Source of the DNA: Fidelibacterota bacterium UBA7300
GTDB lineage: Bacteria; Fidelibacterota; Marinisomatia; Marinisomatales; UBA2128
Reading direction: 5' to 3'
NCBI GenBank assembly: GCA_002471865.1
Contig: DKQU01000009.1
Location: 1,993-40,690, forward strand
DNA: 38,698 nucleotides
The position numbers were made by a program, and so were the translations under genes. Below the pieces are notes generated by a model. The model was given only the letters and a program-made list of their open reading frames with translations. It had not been told where the DNA came from and searched no databases. Positions within the stretch are counted from its first letter, which is position 1. Each line of letters starts with the position of its first letter. Shown here in pieces: positions 1 through 8,783 of this stretch.

Positions 1-1
1 A

Positions 2-1732
2 ATACCTCATCAGCCTGCGGCAGGCTATATTCCGCCAGAAATCAGTACAGAAGAAAATCCTAATTTAATCGGGACTGGTACGGTTCAACCGGAAATCTTA
101 GCTAGAGGAAGTCTTAAACCAGGACATGAATACATGATGACTTTTGGTATAGATACCTTGGGTCAAGTCTCCGGATACGATAACGGGATTCTGTACGCGA
201 CAAACAAGTATAGTGTATACGACGTAGGCGATGACGCATGTGGAGCGCCAGTACTTCCTCACGATGGTTCAGATGGTTCTTCAGATTCGGCGACATGGGT
301 GTATGACGAAGGTGCAAGCACTATTACGCTTAATGGGGTAGGTGCCTATTTAGGACTACCGAAGGCTCACAACGAAGGCGAACTCAGTTCTCCTGATGAA
401 GCCCCGGAATCCATTACTTATGACGTAACGTTTTCAGATGGCGACAATACAATGACTCTGGTTATCGAAGCAGGAACAGGGGTGTTCTGGACCTTTAAAC
501 TTGTAGCAGATGAGGCAGAAACAGTTCCAGTAGGAACATGGAAAATAGCTCCAGAAGCAGGTGCTTTAATGAGAGGACCAGCCCCTAATGATGGAAGTTG
601 GTGGTCAAACTCTGAAGAAGATGTTGTTACAAGAGCTTGCTATTTCGATGACGACTATATTTTCGATGGAGATGGTTCGTTTAATAATGTTCTAGGTGAT
701 GAAACTTGGATTGAAAGATGGCAAAGTACTATATTAGTATATGAAGAGGATTCCACCAAGTATGTAGGAAAAAATCTTGTATTCAGGGATTCGCTTGATT
801 CCTGGACATTGAATGTGGAAGAGGAAATTTCCAGTGATGTGTTCGATGGCATTCGGGTAATAATTGATCCCGCAGTAGAAACTGCTGATTATAATTATTC
901 AGAATCGGGATGGCTGGTAGGCAATGGGCTCATGAGAATAACGCCTTCCATTAGTGAAGGCCCCAAGATGCCTTGGAAATATCAAATTGTATTTACGGAC
1001 AATGATTCAGCCTATGTTGGTATAGCTTCTACTGGTACAGTAAGGGATGAAAATGGCTCATCAATTGGTTCTGATAAAATCGCTAATCCTGCTATCAATT
1101 TTTATGTACAGAATATGTTCTTTGTTGATTCTATCTCAGGGCAATATGAACTTATGGATGTTATCGCCCAAGACATGAATAATAATGATACTTTTGATCT
1201 ATTTGAGGATAGAATTTTTGTAGGAGCTCCAGCTGGTAATCGTTGGCGAGCTACTGCATTTATCATTGATTTTCAACTGGCAACCGATGCAACATACCCG
1301 CTGAGTGGGGATGTGTATCAGGTTGATTGGGATCGTCCATTTTTTGAGTCAGATACGATAAGGTTTACTGTGTCGTCGGATGATTCCTTGGACACTGGTG
1401 ATCTGAGCAGTGATATGAAGAATATCAAAGTAGTACCCAATCCTTATGTAATGACGAACTTGATGGAGCCAGCTTTATCGAATCCCTTCTTGAATCAACG
1501 ACGGCGTCTACTCTTTACGCATATCCCTGCTACTTGTACCATCAAGATATTTACAATCAGCGGCGTCTTGGTAGATAAAATCATTGTGGAAAATGAACCA
1601 GATAATGGGATCGTTCATTGGGATATGCTTACAAGGGAAGGATTAGAGATTGCTGCCGGTATGTACCTTTATCATGTTGAATCACAGGTGACTGGAGATG
1701 AAAAACTTGGGAAATTTGCTGTAATTAAATAA
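2..1732 (+). CDS. 3' part of a very large secreted/surface protein, 5'-truncated by the window edge. Paralog of 24630..28061, ending in a variant T9SS-like C-terminal domain.
   Basis: The frame is open from nt 2, with no stop before the first ATG at 134. My translation of 2..133 is IPHQPAAGYIPPEISTEENPNLIGTGTVQPEILARGSLKPGHEY. IPHQPAAGYIPPEI aligns with IPRSPAAGYVEGQV of ORF 24630..28061. The last ~100 aa of both proteins align throughout (VVPNPYV, then ~20 aa, then F.H[IL]P..CTI[KR]I[FY]T.SG.LV ... G[MV]Y[LI][YF]HV ... G[KR].[AG]VIK). Confidence 0.8.
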   Translation: MPHQPAAGYIPPEISTEENPNLIGTGTVQPEILARGSLKPGHEYMMTFGIDTLGQVSGYDNGILYATNKYSVYDVGDDACGAPVLPHDGSDGSSDSATWVYDEGASTITLNGVGAYLGLPKAHNEGELSSPDEAPESITYDVTFSDGDNTMTLVIEAGTGVFWTFKLVADEAETVPVGTWKIAPEAGALMRGPAPNDGSWWSNSEEDVVTRACYFDDDYIFDGDGSFNNVLGDETWIERWQSTILVYEEDSTKYVGKNLVFRDSLDSWTLNVEEEISSDVFDGIRVIIDPAVETADYNYSESGWLVGNGLMRITPSISEGPKMPWKYQIVFTDNDSAYVGIASTGTVRDENGSSIGSDKIANPAINFYVQNMFFVDSISGQYELMDVIAQDMNNNDTFDLFEDRIFVGAPAGNRWRATAFIIDFQLATDATYPLSGDVYQVDWDRPFFESDTIRFTVSSDDSLDTGDLSSDMKNIKVVPNPYVMTNLMEPALSNPFLNQRRRLLFTHIPATCTIKIFTISGVLVDKIIVENEPDNGIVHWDMLTREGLEIAAGMYLYHVESQVTGDEKLGKFAVIK

Positions 1733-1749
1733 GTACGAGAGAATAAGCC

Positions 1750-2802
1750 ATGAAACAAATACAAAAGCTGTTAATGATTGTGTTATTAGCAGTTACTCTA
1801 GGGTTTTCACAGGAAATCAATCGATATGGTACCACAGCTGCCAACTTTCTGGAAATCGGAATTGGAAGCGCCGCCAGTGCTATGGGTGAAGCCTATGTTG
1901 GTGTAGCAAATGACTTATCGTCTATTTACTGGAACCCTGCCGGGCTTGCCTCCATCCAACAAAGTGAAGCTCTATTTGTCATTCAACCGTGGGTAATAAA
2001 TATAAATACTCTATTTGCTGGAGCAGCTATTAAGGTTCCTTCTATTGGAACGTTAGCTCTCGGACTTACTCAGGTCGATTATGGTGAAATGGATGTGACT
2101 ACCCTCGAGTATCAGGATGGTACTGGGGAAAAATTCACGGCCAATGATTTAGCTGCCAGCGTATCCTTTGCCCGGAAACTTGTCCCTTGGTTTTCTTTTG
2201 GTGTTTCAGGCAAACTTATTCATTCAAATATCTGGCGCTGCAATGCTAATGCCGTTGCTATGGATTTGGGTGTAATTGTTAATACTCATTTTTTCTCCGT
2301 GACAGGCGAACAAAAGGATGGAATGACCATTGGAATGAGTATCTCGAACTATGGTACCCGGATGAGATACGATGGAATTGATTTGTTGAATCCCATTGAT
2401 ATTTCCCTTTACGAAAATGGAAACTATGGTGATGTACCAGGACAGTTTCGGACTCAAGCCTGGGAATTGCCTTTACTGTTCAGAATTGGGGTTGCTGTCA
2501 AACCTATTGTATCTACATATCATAACCTGATCATTGCTGCTGACGCTCTCCACCCCAACAACAATATGGAGTCTGTCAATGTAGGAACACAATATGAAAT
2601 GCATATACCCGGAGCAGGCAAATTTTACCTGCGTGGTGGCTATAAAGCACTTTTCATGAACAAGACCGAATATGGTATAACTGGCGGAGGAGGAATCAAA
2701 CTCTTCTTCATGGGCAATCATTCCATAACTATCGATTATGCCTACAAGACTATGGGGATCTTGGGGAATGTTCATGCCTACACGGTCGGGATGACATTCT
2801 GA
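1750..2802 (+). CDS. PorV/PorQ-family (LptO-like) T9SS-associated outer-membrane beta-barrel, copy A
   Basis: 350 aa with a signal peptide. The N-terminal motif GTTAANFLEIGIGSAASAMGEAYVGVANDLSSIYWNPAGLA is, as I recall it, the hallmark of PorV/PorQ-family barrels. The C-terminal residue is Phe (..YTVGMTF), as in OMP barrels. It is a full-length paralog of 28081..29115 and lies 17 nt after the upstream stop. Confidence 0.7.
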   Translation: MKQIQKLLMIVLLAVTLGFSQEINRYGTTAANFLEIGIGSAASAMGEAYVGVANDLSSIYWNPAGLASIQQSEALFVIQPWVININTLFAGAAIKVPSIGTLALGLTQVDYGEMDVTTLEYQDGTGEKFTANDLAASVSFARKLVPWFSFGVSGKLIHSNIWRCNANAVAMDLGVIVNTHFFSVTGEQKDGMTIGMSISNYGTRMRYDGIDLLNPIDISLYENGNYGDVPGQFRTQAWELPLLFRIGVAVKPIVSTYHNLIIAADALHPNNNMESVNVGTQYEMHIPGAGKFYLRGGYKALFMNKTEYGITGGGGIKLFFMGNHSITIDYAYKTMGILGNVHAYTVGMTF

Positions 2803-2810
2803 TTCTTTTT

Positions 2811-4310
2811 TTGCGTTGTAAAAAACAACTCCTGATCTATATTCTTACTCTCGGCTTGTTCGCCTGTGAAATACGGGGCGAGGAACTTCCTAAGAATGCA
2901 ATTCTCGCTCGGATTGGAGATCATCTGATCACTGTTCAAGATTTTATTCGACGGGCTGAATACACTATTCGACCTGACTATTGTCGTGGGGATCTTTATG
3001 TTCACAAGAAAATTATCCTCAATTCCCTTATTGCAGAAAAATTGCTTGCTTTGGAAGAAGCACAGAATAGCCAACTTAATTCCATTGCAGGCTTCCAAGC
3101 CTTTTTACAGGGGAGGAAGGAACAAGCCATGCGGCAATGGTACTATTATGACCAAGCTTATAATAAAGTTCAGCTAGATATAAACCAACTTAAGAAAGCT
3201 TACAAATTAGCCGGGAGGACTATAGACGTAGCATTTTACACCCTTCCGAATCCACATATCGCCGATAAAGTTGGCCAAGCTTTGGAGGATGGGTTGTTTT
3301 TTGAAGAAATATATGAAGCATTTAGTGGAATAGACAGTCTTCCACGACAACAAGTCGGTTGGTTTGATCGTGAAGATCCTATCATCCACGATCTATTATT
3401 CAACGATAACCTTACACCAAATCAAGTGTTAGGTCCTGTCAAGACTGGGGATGGTTCTTTTCTTCTTATGAAAGTGATGGGGTGGATAGACAGACCTGTC
3501 ATTACGGAAAGAGAAACGAATCAGCGGTGGAAAGATGTGGAAGAACGTCTTACGGATAGTGAAGCAAAAACCATCTACAAAGAACTTGTAGGGGAGATCA
3601 TGCGTGGAAAGCGTGTTGATTTTAATGAGGATATATTTTTTGCTTATGCTGATCATGTCGCAGATTATTATTTAAAATCTTTAGAAGAAAAAGAAAACCA
3701 ATTGGAATTGATGATCTGGGAAGATCAAGAAATTCAAGAATTAGCTCCAACCACTCCATTTCCATATGCTTTAAAGCACACACCTTTCTTCAGAGTGAAT
3801 GAGCAGATATGGACTGTTGAAGATTTTGAAAAAACTTTACAAACTCATCCACTTGTATTCCGAAAGCAAAAAATCAGTCACCAGGAATTCCCAGGACAGT
3901 TTAAACTTGCCATTGTTGATTTGATTCAGGACCGGTTTGTGACAGAAGAATGTTTTCAATTAGGGTATGAAACAGTTACTGCTGTTCGACTGAATGAGGA
4001 AATGTGGGCAGACTATTATTATGCTCGGCAAAGGCGGAATGATTTTCTTCGATCAAAAGGAGTCTATGGAGACTTCGGTAAGGATTATCTCCATCTTATA
4101 GAAACAGTTTTAAATCCTTATCTGGATTCTCTTCAAAACCTTTATTCAGATCAAATCGAAATAAACATGAGTGAATTTGAAAAAATTGAACTAACATCTA
4201 TCGACATGTTTGTAACTCAAAAAAATGTTCCCTACCCGGTTATAGTACCCCAATTCCCCATCCTGACAACAGATAATCGTTTAGATTATGGCAGAGAAAT
4301 GGATGATTAA
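2811..4310 (+). CDS. Putative lipoprotein with a SurA-N-terminal-like chaperone region. No PPIase motif recognised.
   Basis: TTG start. The N-terminus MRCKKQLLIYILTLGLFAC has a lipobox-like LFAC. ARIGDHLITVQDFIRRAEY...KKIILNSLIAEKLLALEEA resembles the N-domain of SurA/PpiD-type periplasmic chaperones. The rest is unassigned. Confidence 0.45.
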   Translation: MRCKKQLLIYILTLGLFACEIRGEELPKNAILARIGDHLITVQDFIRRAEYTIRPDYCRGDLYVHKKIILNSLIAEKLLALEEAQNSQLNSIAGFQAFLQGRKEQAMRQWYYYDQAYNKVQLDINQLKKAYKLAGRTIDVAFYTLPNPHIADKVGQALEDGLFFEEIYEAFSGIDSLPRQQVGWFDREDPIIHDLLFNDNLTPNQVLGPVKTGDGSFLLMKVMGWIDRPVITERETNQRWKDVEERLTDSEAKTIYKELVGEIMRGKRVDFNEDIFFAYADHVADYYLKSLEEKENQLELMIWEDQEIQELAPTTPFPYALKHTPFFRVNEQIWTVEDFEKTLQTHPLVFRKQKISHQEFPGQFKLAIVDLIQDRFVTEECFQLGYETVTAVRLNEEMWADYYYARQRRNDFLRSKGVYGDFGKDYLHLIETVLNPYLDSLQNLYSDQIEINMSEFEKIELTSIDMFVTQKNVPYPVIVPQFPILTTDNRLDYGREMDD

Positions 4311-5889
4311 TCCCGGACTTTCTTCAAAATTTTGGTGGAGAACGTTATTTTTTTCTCTGATCCTCATGATTCTTTCAGGTCCAGGCTATGGCAAAGATTA
4401 CAAAGGTGGAGAATTAAGAACCTATGATACATATCGTTACGGACGCTTTGAAGTTCGAATGAAATCGGTAGCGGGCAGCGGTGTATTATCATCTTTTTTC
4501 ACTTATCACGATTTTACGTCCGGAGGAGCAGGAAACTGGAATGAGATCGATTGGGAATGGCTGGGAAACCACGATGATAAGGCTCAGACAAATCTGATTA
4601 TCCAGAACCAGTGGGACCTGCCAGAATTTATCGATGTTGATTTTAATCCTCATGAAGACTTCCATACTTACGCGTTTGAATGGACACCAGATTATGTTGC
4701 TTTTTTTATTGATGATCAGTCGGTCCGGTGGATTGATAACTTTTATGTGGATTCGCTGTACCACTATCAAAAGATTATGATGAATATATGGCAGCCGATC
4801 TATGAAGAGTGGGTGGGAGAATTTGACGAGGATATCTTGCCTGTTTATGCCTACTATGATTGGGTAAAGTATTATATGTATGTTCCCGGAACGGGCAATT
4901 ATGGGACAGACAACAATTTCTTCCTACTCTGGGGAGATGAATTCGAAACTTGGGACACAGACAGATGGCAAAAAGCGAATCATACTTTTTATGGGAATAA
5001 CTGTGATTTCATCTATGACAATGTAGTTTTTTATGACGGATATTTGATCCTTTGTCTGACCACTCCGGATGATACAGGATACGGAGATGATGACACACAG
5101 TATATATTACACAATCCCGGTTTTGAATCAGACATCGAGAACTGGTCAGTTTGGCCTGAAAACCTTACTAATTATACTGTGGTGACTGAACCTGTGTTAC
5201 ATGGCAATCACTCTCTAAAATTGTTTGGACAAAACTCAGGAACGACAAATAGTATTTCGGTTTATCAAACATTTAACCCTTCCCAGGGAGACGAATTCAC
5301 CTTTTCGGGATATGCTTATTCAGCATCTGATGATCCAATCTCCGGAGATAACAGTGCGTATTTAGAACTAACATTTTTCGATGAGAACTGGAATATACTA
5401 GGTGAGCAACCTGTATCTTCATCAATTACGAGTTCATCACCTACCGATCAGTGGATCCCTTTAACTGTTTCCGGCACAGCACCCACTGGTGTTGTATCTT
5501 TTAATGTCGCTATGATATTTAATCAAATAGATGATGATTCGGGCTCAGTATTTTTCGACGACTTAGATTTGTTTTATTCCAATCTATCAACAAATTCATC
5601 TGTTGCTCCAGTCAATTATAACCTCTTTCAGATTTATCCAAATCCTTTTAATAATCGTACTATTTTTCAGTTCATAATTGAAGATTTTAGTCCGGTGACA
5701 TTAACAGTCGTAAATGTTTTAGGACAACATATTACAACAGTTGTAGATCGGGACCTGAATACAGGTGAATATAAACTCTCCTGGGATGGGACGGATCATA
5801 ATGGAACAGAGCTGCCGTCTGGCGTCTACTTTGCAATGCTTGAAAACGTGAATGGGATTGAAGTACAAAAAATAATTCTATTAAAATGA
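4288..5889 (+). CDS. GH16 beta-glucanase (licheninase-like subfamily) + CBM4/9-like module + T9SS C-terminal sorting domain
   Basis: YRYGRFEVRMK...NEIDWEWLG (the ExDxE catalytic motif as in Bacillus lichenases) ...FHTYAFEWTPDYVAFFIDD. A second domain reads HNPGFESDIENW...VFFDDLDL. The CTD reads IYPNPFNNRTIFQF...SGVYFAML...QKIILLK. It overlaps the upstream gene by 23 nt. An alternative ATG lies at 4303. Confidence 0.85.
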   Translation: MAEKWMINPGLSSKFWWRTLFFSLILMILSGPGYGKDYKGGELRTYDTYRYGRFEVRMKSVAGSGVLSSFFTYHDFTSGGAGNWNEIDWEWLGNHDDKAQTNLIIQNQWDLPEFIDVDFNPHEDFHTYAFEWTPDYVAFFIDDQSVRWIDNFYVDSLYHYQKIMMNIWQPIYEEWVGEFDEDILPVYAYYDWVKYYMYVPGTGNYGTDNNFFLLWGDEFETWDTDRWQKANHTFYGNNCDFIYDNVVFYDGYLILCLTTPDDTGYGDDDTQYILHNPGFESDIENWSVWPENLTNYTVVTEPVLHGNHSLKLFGQNSGTTNSISVYQTFNPSQGDEFTFSGYAYSASDDPISGDNSAYLELTFFDENWNILGEQPVSSSITSSSPTDQWIPLTVSGTAPTGVVSFNVAMIFNQIDDDSGSVFFDDLDLFYSNLSTNSSVAPVNYNLFQIYPNPFNNRTIFQFIIEDFSPVTLTVVNVLGQHITTVVDRDLNTGEYKLSWDGTDHNGTELPSGVYFAMLENVNGIEVQKIILLK

Positions 5890-7538
5890 TACGTAAAATG
5901 ATGACTAGCAATATGAAGTGTGCCATCCTTTCATTAGTATTTATATCATTTAATTATTTAAATGCATTTGTAAACGGCAACTTCGACGGCGATGATTCTG
6001 CCTGGACGATCTGGATAGTTGATGGTGAGGTTGAAGTTGACCTTGATTACACAGATGATGGTCCAAGCGGAGGGAGTGGTGAAGCATTAAGAATTTTGGC
6101 ATCAAATTGGGGGAATGGCGGTGTTTATCAAGCAATCAATCTGGAAGAGAACAACGTATATGAACTTTCGGGCCTGTTCAAGGGAGTTGGCTGTGATCAA
6201 AACTGGGTGGAAATTTCCATTCTTGATTATGAACCCCAGCAAGGAGTGGACGTCGGCGTAGGTGATATTATCGTAGAACAGCATTTCTGGCACTGTGGAG
6301 CATCCGCGTCGTGGAACTGGGATACGGATTTTGCCGGCTCGTGTGGTTCAAACGCGTATATGCCGGGTTCTCCACCCGGTGTGTTTACGGTCCCGGGGAC
6401 CGGAACCTACTACCTGTTGATCAAAGCGGGTGGTGTTGTATCCGATGTCATGTTCGATGACCTTAATCTTGAAGTTATAGATGATGATCCCCCAGACACT
6501 GAATGGGTTTTGGTATGGTCCGATGAATTTGATTCTTCGGATATAGATATGAGTAAATGGAGCTATGATATAGGTACCGGTGATTGGGGCTGGGGAAATG
6601 ACGAACAGCAATATTATACCAGTAATTCCAATAATTCTTTTATCGAAGATGGAAAGTTGATTATACAGGCGCTTCTTCAGAATTATGGTGGAGCAAACTA
6701 TACTTCCGCCCGTATGGTTACAAGGGACAAGGGTGACTGGACGTATGGACGGATAGAAGTAAGAGCAAAATTACCCGGTGGTGTGGGAACTTGGCCTGCA
6801 ATATGGATGCTTCCTACCGACTGGGTCTACGGCGGATGGCCCTACAGCGGTGAAATCGATATTATGGAACATGTTGGCTTTGATCCCAATGTGATTCACG
6901 GGACTGCTCATACGGAGGTCTATAACTGGTGGAACGGTATACCGCCACCGGGAGGATCAATATATGTAAATGGTGCAACTTCAGGTTTTCACGATTACAC
7001 TCTGGAATGGGATGAAGATTATATCAAATGGTATGTGGATGACGTACATTATTTTACCTATGCGAATGATCAAGATGGGAATTATGCAACCTGGCCTTTT
7101 GATCAGCGTTTTCATCTTCTTTTAAATATTGCGATAGGTGGTACCTGGGGTGGCCAGCAGGGTATTGATGATAGTATATTCCCGGTTCGGATGGAAGTTG
7201 ATTACGTCAGGGTCTATGAAGCTTCTTCCGAACTCTCATCTCAACTTGAAACGATACCTAATACTTATAATCTTCACTATAATTACCCCAACCCATTCAA
7301 TCCCGCTACAACCCTATGCTACTTTTTACCAGAACAAACCCACGTAACACTCACGGTCTGCGATTTGACGGGTAGAGAAATAAACCGGCTTGTAAATACC
7401 ACACAAGATGCTGGATATAAAACTGTACCATGGGATGGGACGGATAGCTTTGGCAGACCCGTAAGTTCAGGCTTGTACTTGTATCAAATTAGGACGAGTA
7501 ACCATACCAGCGTGGGTAAGATGGTATTACTCAAATAA
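5886..7538 (+). CDS. GH16 laminarinase (endo-1,3-beta-glucanase type) with an N-terminal CBM4/9-like module and a T9SS C-terminal sorting domain
   Basis: WVLVWSDEFD...GDWTYGRIEVRAKLPGGVGTWPAIWMLP...GEIDIMEH...LLNIAIGGTWGG...MEVDYVRVYE is the classic GH16 laminarinase pattern. The N-terminal region FVNGNFDGDDSAW...MFDDLNL looks CBM-like. The CTD reads NYPNPFNPATTLCYFLP...SGLYLYQI...GKMVLLK. An ATGA start/stop overlap joins it to the upstream gene at 5886-5889. Confidence 0.9.
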   Translation: MIRKMMTSNMKCAILSLVFISFNYLNAFVNGNFDGDDSAWTIWIVDGEVEVDLDYTDDGPSGGSGEALRILASNWGNGGVYQAINLEENNVYELSGLFKGVGCDQNWVEISILDYEPQQGVDVGVGDIIVEQHFWHCGASASWNWDTDFAGSCGSNAYMPGSPPGVFTVPGTGTYYLLIKAGGVVSDVMFDDLNLEVIDDDPPDTEWVLVWSDEFDSSDIDMSKWSYDIGTGDWGWGNDEQQYYTSNSNNSFIEDGKLIIQALLQNYGGANYTSARMVTRDKGDWTYGRIEVRAKLPGGVGTWPAIWMLPTDWVYGGWPYSGEIDIMEHVGFDPNVIHGTAHTEVYNWWNGIPPPGGSIYVNGATSGFHDYTLEWDEDYIKWYVDDVHYFTYANDQDGNYATWPFDQRFHLLLNIAIGGTWGGQQGIDDSIFPVRMEVDYVRVYEASSELSSQLETIPNTYNLHYNYPNPFNPATTLCYFLPEQTHVTLTVCDLTGREINRLVNTTQDAGYKTVPWDGTDSFGRPVSSGLYLYQIRTSNHTSVGKMVLLK

Positions 7539-7547
7539 TAATGCAAA

Positions 7548-8783
7548 TTGACAAATCGTGTTAAAATGATACATGGAATAATGACTCTATTCTTGTCTGT
7601 GGTTTTTCTTATGTTTCTCACTGTTTGTGAAGAAAGTATATATTCCAACCAACTTCCGGATGAAAATAATCATACGCTGGAAGGTTGGGGATTGGTTTGG
7701 AACGACGAATTTGACGGTGATGCTATTGATGGTCAAAAGTGGAATAAGCTCCTTTGGCGTCCCGGATGGGTAAATAATGAACTGCAGGCTTACACGGACC
7801 GTGACACGAATGTGTTTGTTCAGGATGGCAACTTGGTCATCCGAGCCTTGATTGAACCGGGGTTTTTTGGCACAGATTATACGGGTACTAGCTACACGGC
7901 TGATTATACCTCTGGCCGCTTGAATACAGCTGGCAAAGGAGAGTGGACATACGGCCGTTTTGATACCAGAGCCAAGCTACCGAAGGGGATTGGTTCCTGG
8001 CCTGCAATCTGGATGCTGGGATCTAATATATCTACTGTAGGATGGCCTCATTGTGGTGAAATCGATATTATGGAACACGTGGGCTTTGATGAAGGGAATA
8101 TTCACGCTTCGATCCACACGACTGATTACAACCACGTGAATGGTACTCAAAAATCCGGTCAGGTAATAATTCCGACCGCCACTGATTCTTTCCACGTTTA
8201 TTCTTTGGAGTGGGACAGCACCTATATTCGCTACCTAGTGGATGATGAACCCTATTTCTTTATTTACAATGACAGTAATGGTGATGAAGATAAGTGGCCA
8301 TTCAATAAACCTCAATACATTATACTTAACTTGGCAGTTGGTGGTGATTGGGGTGGTGCTCAAGGAATTGATCCTTCTGTTTTCCCAATGGAGATGAAAG
8401 TGGATTATGTCCGGGTCTTTGAAAAAAGTGAAAATTCAACCAATGTTAATGTAACATTTCAAGTTGATATGAAAAACGAGATAGTAAGCGGTGAGGGTGT
8501 CTGGCTTTCCGGCGGCAATATAAGCTCCGGTCAGCCCGGTGGCCTGCAGATGCAACCTGTGGCTGATACAACAGTATGGGAGGTAACCTTAACCTTGCCA
8601 CCTTATTCAAGTTATAATTATAAGTACAGAAATGGGCATTATCCGGATACTTGGTCTGGAGGATGGGAATCTGTGCCTGATGAATGTGGTGAAGGTTCAT
8701 ATAACGATAGGGCTTTATTAGTTGGTAATTCAGATACGACTCTGTCGGTTGTCTGTTTTAAGGAGTGTACAGCATGCGAATAA
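7548..8783 (+). CDS. GH16 laminarinase, probable lipoprotein, with a C-terminal Cys-containing beta-sandwich (CBM-like) domain and no T9SS CTD
   Basis: WGLVWNDEFDG...GEWTYGRFDTRAKLPKGIGSWPAIWMLG...GEIDIMEH...LNLAVGGDWGG...MKVDYVRVFE is a close paralog of the catalytic domain of 5886..7538. The ORF-track start is TTG 7548, but ATG 7566 (MIHGIMTLFLSVVFLMFLTVCEES, lipobox-like LTVC) is more likely. The tail reads VTFQVDMKNE...YNYKYRNG...VVCFKECTACE. Confidence 0.85.
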   Translation: MTNRVKMIHGIMTLFLSVVFLMFLTVCEESIYSNQLPDENNHTLEGWGLVWNDEFDGDAIDGQKWNKLLWRPGWVNNELQAYTDRDTNVFVQDGNLVIRALIEPGFFGTDYTGTSYTADYTSGRLNTAGKGEWTYGRFDTRAKLPKGIGSWPAIWMLGSNISTVGWPHCGEIDIMEHVGFDEGNIHASIHTTDYNHVNGTQKSGQVIIPTATDSFHVYSLEWDSTYIRYLVDDEPYFFIYNDSNGDEDKWPFNKPQYIILNLAVGGDWGGAQGIDPSVFPMEMKVDYVRVFEKSENSTNVNVTFQVDMKNEIVSGEGVWLSGGNISSGQPGGLQMQPVADTTVWEVTLTLPPYSSYNYKYRNGHYPDTWSGGWESVPDECGEGSYNDRALLVGNSDTTLSVVCFKECTACE

